Shown: positions 59,139 to 64,000 of the stretch, piece by piece | Layout: each line of letters starts with the position of its first letter | Numbering within the stretch: the first letter of the stretch is position 1 | Source: Fistulifera solaris | Lineage: Eukaryota | Assembly (NCBI GenBank): GCA_030295235.1 | Contig: AP026136.1 | Coordinates: forward strand, 992,001-1,056,000 | Reading direction: 5' to 3' | DNA: 64,000 nt | Notes under the pieces: generated by a model | Database searches by the model: none | What the model was told of the DNA's origin: nothing | Seen by the model: only the letters and a program-made list of their open reading frames with translations | Program-made: the position numbers and the translations under genes

Positions 59139-60159
59139 ATGTCTGCTTTGGCAAAAAGTCAAAAGGCCAAGGCGGAAACCTTTGTGCAGCAAGCCGAAGC
59201 CACCTTGAACAAGAAAAGCTGGTTCAGCAGCAGTAAGGAGCGCAACCAAGAAGATGCTGCGGAGACGTACTTACAGGCGGCAAATGCCTACAAAGTTGGA
59301 GGCTGGCAACATGAAGCCGGAGACATTTATTGCAAAGCGGGGGAGATTTATCGAGATATGTTGAAAAATCCGAACGAAGCTGCCAAGGCTTACAGCAACG
59401 CAGGTGAGTACATGACCGGATTTTCATTCAATTATCTTATTTTCTTCGGCGTGGTTGTGTCTCTAATCATTGCGTATTAAAGGGTCTTGCTACAAAAAGA
59501 GCCACCCGGCTGATGCTGTCTCTGCGTATCAGTCGTCGATATCCCTTCTCACGGATGCTGGTAGGTTGTCGCAAGCTGCCAAACTGTGCAAAGAATGTGC
59601 GGAACTGTACGAATCGGAAGAAGTTGGAGGGGACGCGAACAAGTCATCGGTAGTTTACGCGATCGACATGTACGAACAAGCCGCCGAACTATTCACCTTG
59701 GAAGATGCGAAAAGCTCCGTCAATCAATGCAACGCTAAAATCGCCGAGCTGTGCAGTGCCGCTTTGGATCCCCCCGATTTGTTGCGAGCATCCCAGTTAT
59801 ACGAAGACTTGGGTCGCAACTGTTTGGATTCCAATCTGCTCAAGTTCAATGCGAAAGGATACTTTCTGCAGGCGGTTTTGTGTCATCTTGCGAATAATGA
59901 TGCCGTTGGCGGTCGTGAAGCTCTGTCTCGTTTTGAAGGATTAGACTACACCTTTTCCGACTCGCGTGAAGGAAAGTTTGCCACGCAGTTGGTGGATTGT
60001 GTCGAAGGTATGGATGCCGAAACGCTCGCGACAGCCTGTTTTGAATATGATCGCATATCCAAACTAGATCCATGGAAAACTTCGATGCTTGTTAAAGTCA
60101 AGCGTAGCATTGAAGGTGATGATGGAGGCAATGACGACGATGATTTTGACTTGACTTAA
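59139..60159 (+). CDS. Alpha-soluble NSF attachment protein (alpha-SNAP/Sec17)
   Basis: EDAAE.Y.QAANAYK, GRLSQAAK..KE.AELYE, LLKFNAKGYFL, F.DSRE.K, EYD.ISKLDPWKT.ML and acidic DL terminus. Intron 59404-59482. Confidence 0.95.
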
Positions 60160-60402
60160 ATAACCGGCGTTTGCGATTCTTTCTATATAATGAACATTAA
60201 TTAATATCCATGTGAAAAAAGCTTTTATCGTCTGCGACGACGGAACGGAGGCAAAGTTCCTTACAATTCAGGACCCGTGAAAGACGTCAATTATGGTCAA
60301 ACCAGCTTGCCCAACTAAATGACGACATGGTAATTCCACGCAAACAATTTCGAGTCCTGAAACGCCAATCAGCGTTGACTACATATGATGAAAACGTTTA
60401 CT

Positions 60403-62121
60403 TTACTTTTTTGCCCGATAGAAATTGAGATACGACATGTGCCAGTCTCCTCCGCCCTTTAGTTTCAAGACATCCTCGGTCTTACACGGACTCACTTCAT
60501 CGTCATCGTACACATACCAATCTTCATTGTCTACGTCCGTATCGGCAATCTTCTCAACCTTCCCGCCGCTTGATTTGTTGTCGGCTTTAACCCAAGCCAT
60601 GTAATGACCTCCGTCTGCATCGCGCCCCTTGTGTGTAACAACGGCGAAAAGCTCGTAGATGCCCTGAAAGTTATCAGGCAAACCAGGACCCACAGGGGCC
60701 AAAGATTCTTCCATACTCATAGCCAAAGCAGACTTGAGCTCGTCATCCATTTCAACCTCTTCTCCTTTGGTTTTCTCTTCCACTTCCATTGCGTCGGCAT
60801 CATTATTTACTAACTGGCCCTTTAACTTTCGGTTGATTCTATCTTCTTCCTCCACCAACGCTTTGTCGCGAGAGACTTTCAGAATCTTTTGAATTTCTTC
60901 CGTGCAGAAATCGTAAACATCCAAGGTGGAAGAGAAAGCCACCGGCTTCATGATTTTGCATTTGACTTGGAAAAGGAATGTTAGCAAGACTATATCCATC
61001 GATGCATTCAACAATACTTGTTTCTACGTACCACCAGCATGGTCTTGAGAATCAGGCGTCGCCTTCCAATAAAAGCGACCAAATTGCACAGCAATTACGC
61101 GCGGAAGACGAGCAATGCGCTGGCGCCGTGTCCACATAGCGTTACGGCCCAGAACATCCGAGTGCTTTTCGATCTTTCCTTCGAGCGCCAATTGAATACC
61201 TTCCGCGATGTGTGATACATTCAAATTTGACTGCATGTCGCTTCCACCTTGGATGTTACATACCAGCTTACGGTGCAAATCGTAAGAAATGACGGGTGGC
61301 TCGGCGTCAGAGGTAGGAAGCTCGTCGCATGTGAGTGTTTCCTTCATTTTCAAGCCAAACAAGGCATCGATCAAGTTATCTGCACCAGATAGCTCGGATT
61401 CTGTTACTCCATTTTCAAATCCTGCTTTGATGATTTCTGGTTTGTTCAACACGGACGACGCGGTTGTCAATACTCCCGAGAAGAATTCTTCGGCATCTTG
61501 TTGCATCGGCTGACCCTGGGGACCTCGTTGCGCAAACTGAGGGAAGACGACACGCGTAGCTTGCAACAACGAGGCAGGATGAACAGCTGTAGCTTGTGAA
61601 TCCAACCGTTGCAGAGTTTCTCGCAACGACGTAACCATCAGCGCACTCTGTGCCTGACTAGGATTCGAGCCGAGCGACGAGTTCACCTGAAATTGTTGCA
61701 ACGATCGTCGAAGCGGGGAAACAGCACGCAAGCATTGTACGACGGAGTTCAGGTAGCACGTATTTCCCAAATTAACTAGACCAGAGGGATCTTCAACGGC
61801 TGCAGCTTGTTCTGGGGGAAGATCCTCAAGAAACACTGTTTTGTTGGAGGGGGCAACCACTTGCGTAGCACTCCCCATCAACAAAACTTGAATCGGAGGT
61901 TTCAGGCTTTTCCAGTCGACGCTTCCCAAATCAAAATCATCCTTAAGTACACCTTTCCAAAGACCCTTGGTTTTAGCCATCAACTTGACGCGCTCAGCAG
62001 GGACGCCGGTAAGGTCCTGAAGCTCCTGTTTCCAATGCTTTACGCCAGCGGCTGGGGCACCGCTGTACTCCAAAGTTTCCTTGCCCCATTTGATTTCCAG
62101 CGTTACATTATCCGCAGGCAT
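60403..62121 (-). CDS. USP14: Ubiquitin carboxyl-terminal hydrolase 14/Ubp6
   Basis: UBL domain (IKWGKE, LTGVP.ER.K), GLVNLGNTCYLNS, QQDAEE, RFYWK, THKGR.ADGGHY, GGGDWH. Intron 60966-61031. Confidence 0.95.
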
Positions 62122-64000
62122 TCTTCAAAACGATTACTCACGAATGAATAGTTGTGTAGTGTTTCTTTATATAATCCGTAATCCGTTCCAATTCGTAAGT
62201 ACAAGTATAGGTCGATTGTCGTCGCAGTCGCAACAGTCGCAATAACGGCCTGCTCGGAAACTCATCGATGTGCTGAGAAAACGGGACTCATATTCATCAT
62301 TTCAGTTAGACACGAGCAGCCCACTTTTTGTATCATTGTATTCATTCAAAATATCTGAAAGAGAAATCAGCTAGTCCACCCCCATCGCTAAAAAGTCAAA
62401 AACACCGATACGATTGATTCAATTGAATGAAAGACGCTGTTTCTAGAGAGACTAGCATTCAATTCAGAATTTTACTTCTAACTGTGTTCCATGGCATGGA
62501 AAATCAATACATCGACACCAAACAGGACTCGATTCGGACACGAGTAAACCATTACGGAGTATTTCGAAAGAAATTCTCATGCGTGTTCCTGGCAGTCCAA
62601 CAAATACTTTGCGGCTCGAAGACGAATGATCAAGTGGATGTAAGTCGCCATCTTGCAAATCTTTTTCATGTTTGAATTTATCTCATGAAATCTCCGTTAT
62701 TGTTTTCTACTGAAGTACAGAACCATGTTTTTGAAAAAAGAACTTCAAGTGCCAGACTTGTCAAATAACACTTACGTAGTAATTCATTTCCATATTTGCC
62801 AGGCATATCGATGCGTCAATGTATAAAAACGCACCATGCTTTGAAGTATATGCCGACGACCGCACCGTTGAAAGCCGAATCCGCTCGATGCAAGTATCTT
62901 TCTTAAAAAGATAATCTATTATGCTTCATCAAGTTTACTTTTTAATAAAATCCTCTAATCAAACCATCATTTGTCATGTAGAATTATACTGGGTCTGATC
63001 ATAACTACCCAAAAAATCAGAGGAAAGCTCTAGTGTCCTTTTCGTTCCGCAAGTTGGCACGTACTTGATTGGATTCAATCCATCGTCGCGGTAAATTTTG
63101 CAGCAGCGTGTGGTTAACGATGGGACGGCGTGATTTTTTGAAATGATGGTGGGTAGGGGGTTTTAACTGGGGTTTGTTTAGGGGCCTGTTCCAATTGCTG
63201 GGCTGGGTATCAAAGTGGAATACTCTTCGACACAGCTCTTCGCCATGGTTGACTAGGTCAACCAATCTTCTCGCGGAGTCCTGCCTAGCTTAGAAATGTC
63301 ATCACAGGTGATATTGATTTCTTATTTGAGTTAGTCAAATAAGGACAGTACATATATAGAGATTCTATAAAAGTACAGTCATGCCTTTATAATTAAAGTG
63401 TTGCCAACGTCGAAGGGACGAGTCTTCAACCAATCAAGCGCAGCACGTAAATTATGTAAAATTATGTCTATTATCCTACAAATTGGTGTGCACTTCAAAT
63501 GCTTGGTTGCGCGTCTACGTAACAAACAATTTTTTAACGGGCGATGCAAGACAACTGGATTTTGGCAACCTTAGTCCTAAGTCCTAAGCATGACTTAGTA
63601 GATGCAGCCCCATGGCTCAAATCTAGCATCTAGCGGCTACCAATAACCACTTATCCATTGACCGGCTGATCAGCTTCATTAGTTCGACATCGACTATCAG
63701 CACCTTTGAATTCCTCTCTTCTTATCCGTCAGGTTGATCTTGAATTCACGCTGCTGTTAAAGCAAATCATTTAAATCCTTCCTTCCGATGAGTGGCGGCG
63801 AGTGGCAAGTACAGGGTAGGTTCCATGAAATGCCCATAGCTCTAGCTTGAGAGATGATTGTGCAAATTATGAACATTGTGGTATGGTAATGGCAGTGAAG
63901 CTAGATAAATTTCTATAATCCAGATTTGCAATAATTTCCTAAAACATCTGACAATCTATGAACAAACCATTTCTCATGTTTATTATCTACGCTTCCAATT

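Noticed and set aside
62200..64000. Gene-free tail with short ORFs (e.g. 63017-63265), possibly decayed mobile DNA
   Set aside because: No recognisable protein motif, terminal repeat or RNA gene. The same holds for 9100-10400 and 37100-38100.

Overview
Gene-dense eukaryotic DNA, most likely from a pennate diatom. That assignment is inferred from short 64-89 bp GT-AG introns, bipartite plastid-targeting leaders, PGRL1, helicase-associated (HA) repeats and diatom-type orphan families. Bases 349-6206 are a complete Mutator-like DNA transposon with perfect 130-bp TIRs and a 9-bp TSD. It carries a broken DDE/SWIM/zinc-knuckle transposase, a degenerate SPAT peptide-repeat region and a Ulp1/C48 protease domain. 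About 31 host genes follow: GTPBP1/2, PGRL1, syntaxin 6, PHOSPHO-type phosphatase, Pol iota-like, CLN3, cyclins, RsuA-type pseudouridine synthase, S1-NKAP, EXO1, Pirh2, PDE12, FKBP-MsrA, GnT-I, ZIP transporter, SDR, alpha-SNAP, USP14 and others. The most unusual host signal is three paralogous DHHC-like genes. They have a DHTC active-site motif, have lost essentially all zinc ligands, and stop after the third TM helix. Many genes show single-base indels in homopolymers, most simply explained as assembly errors, so gene models here are hand reconstructions and family calls rest on motif recognition, not database searches.
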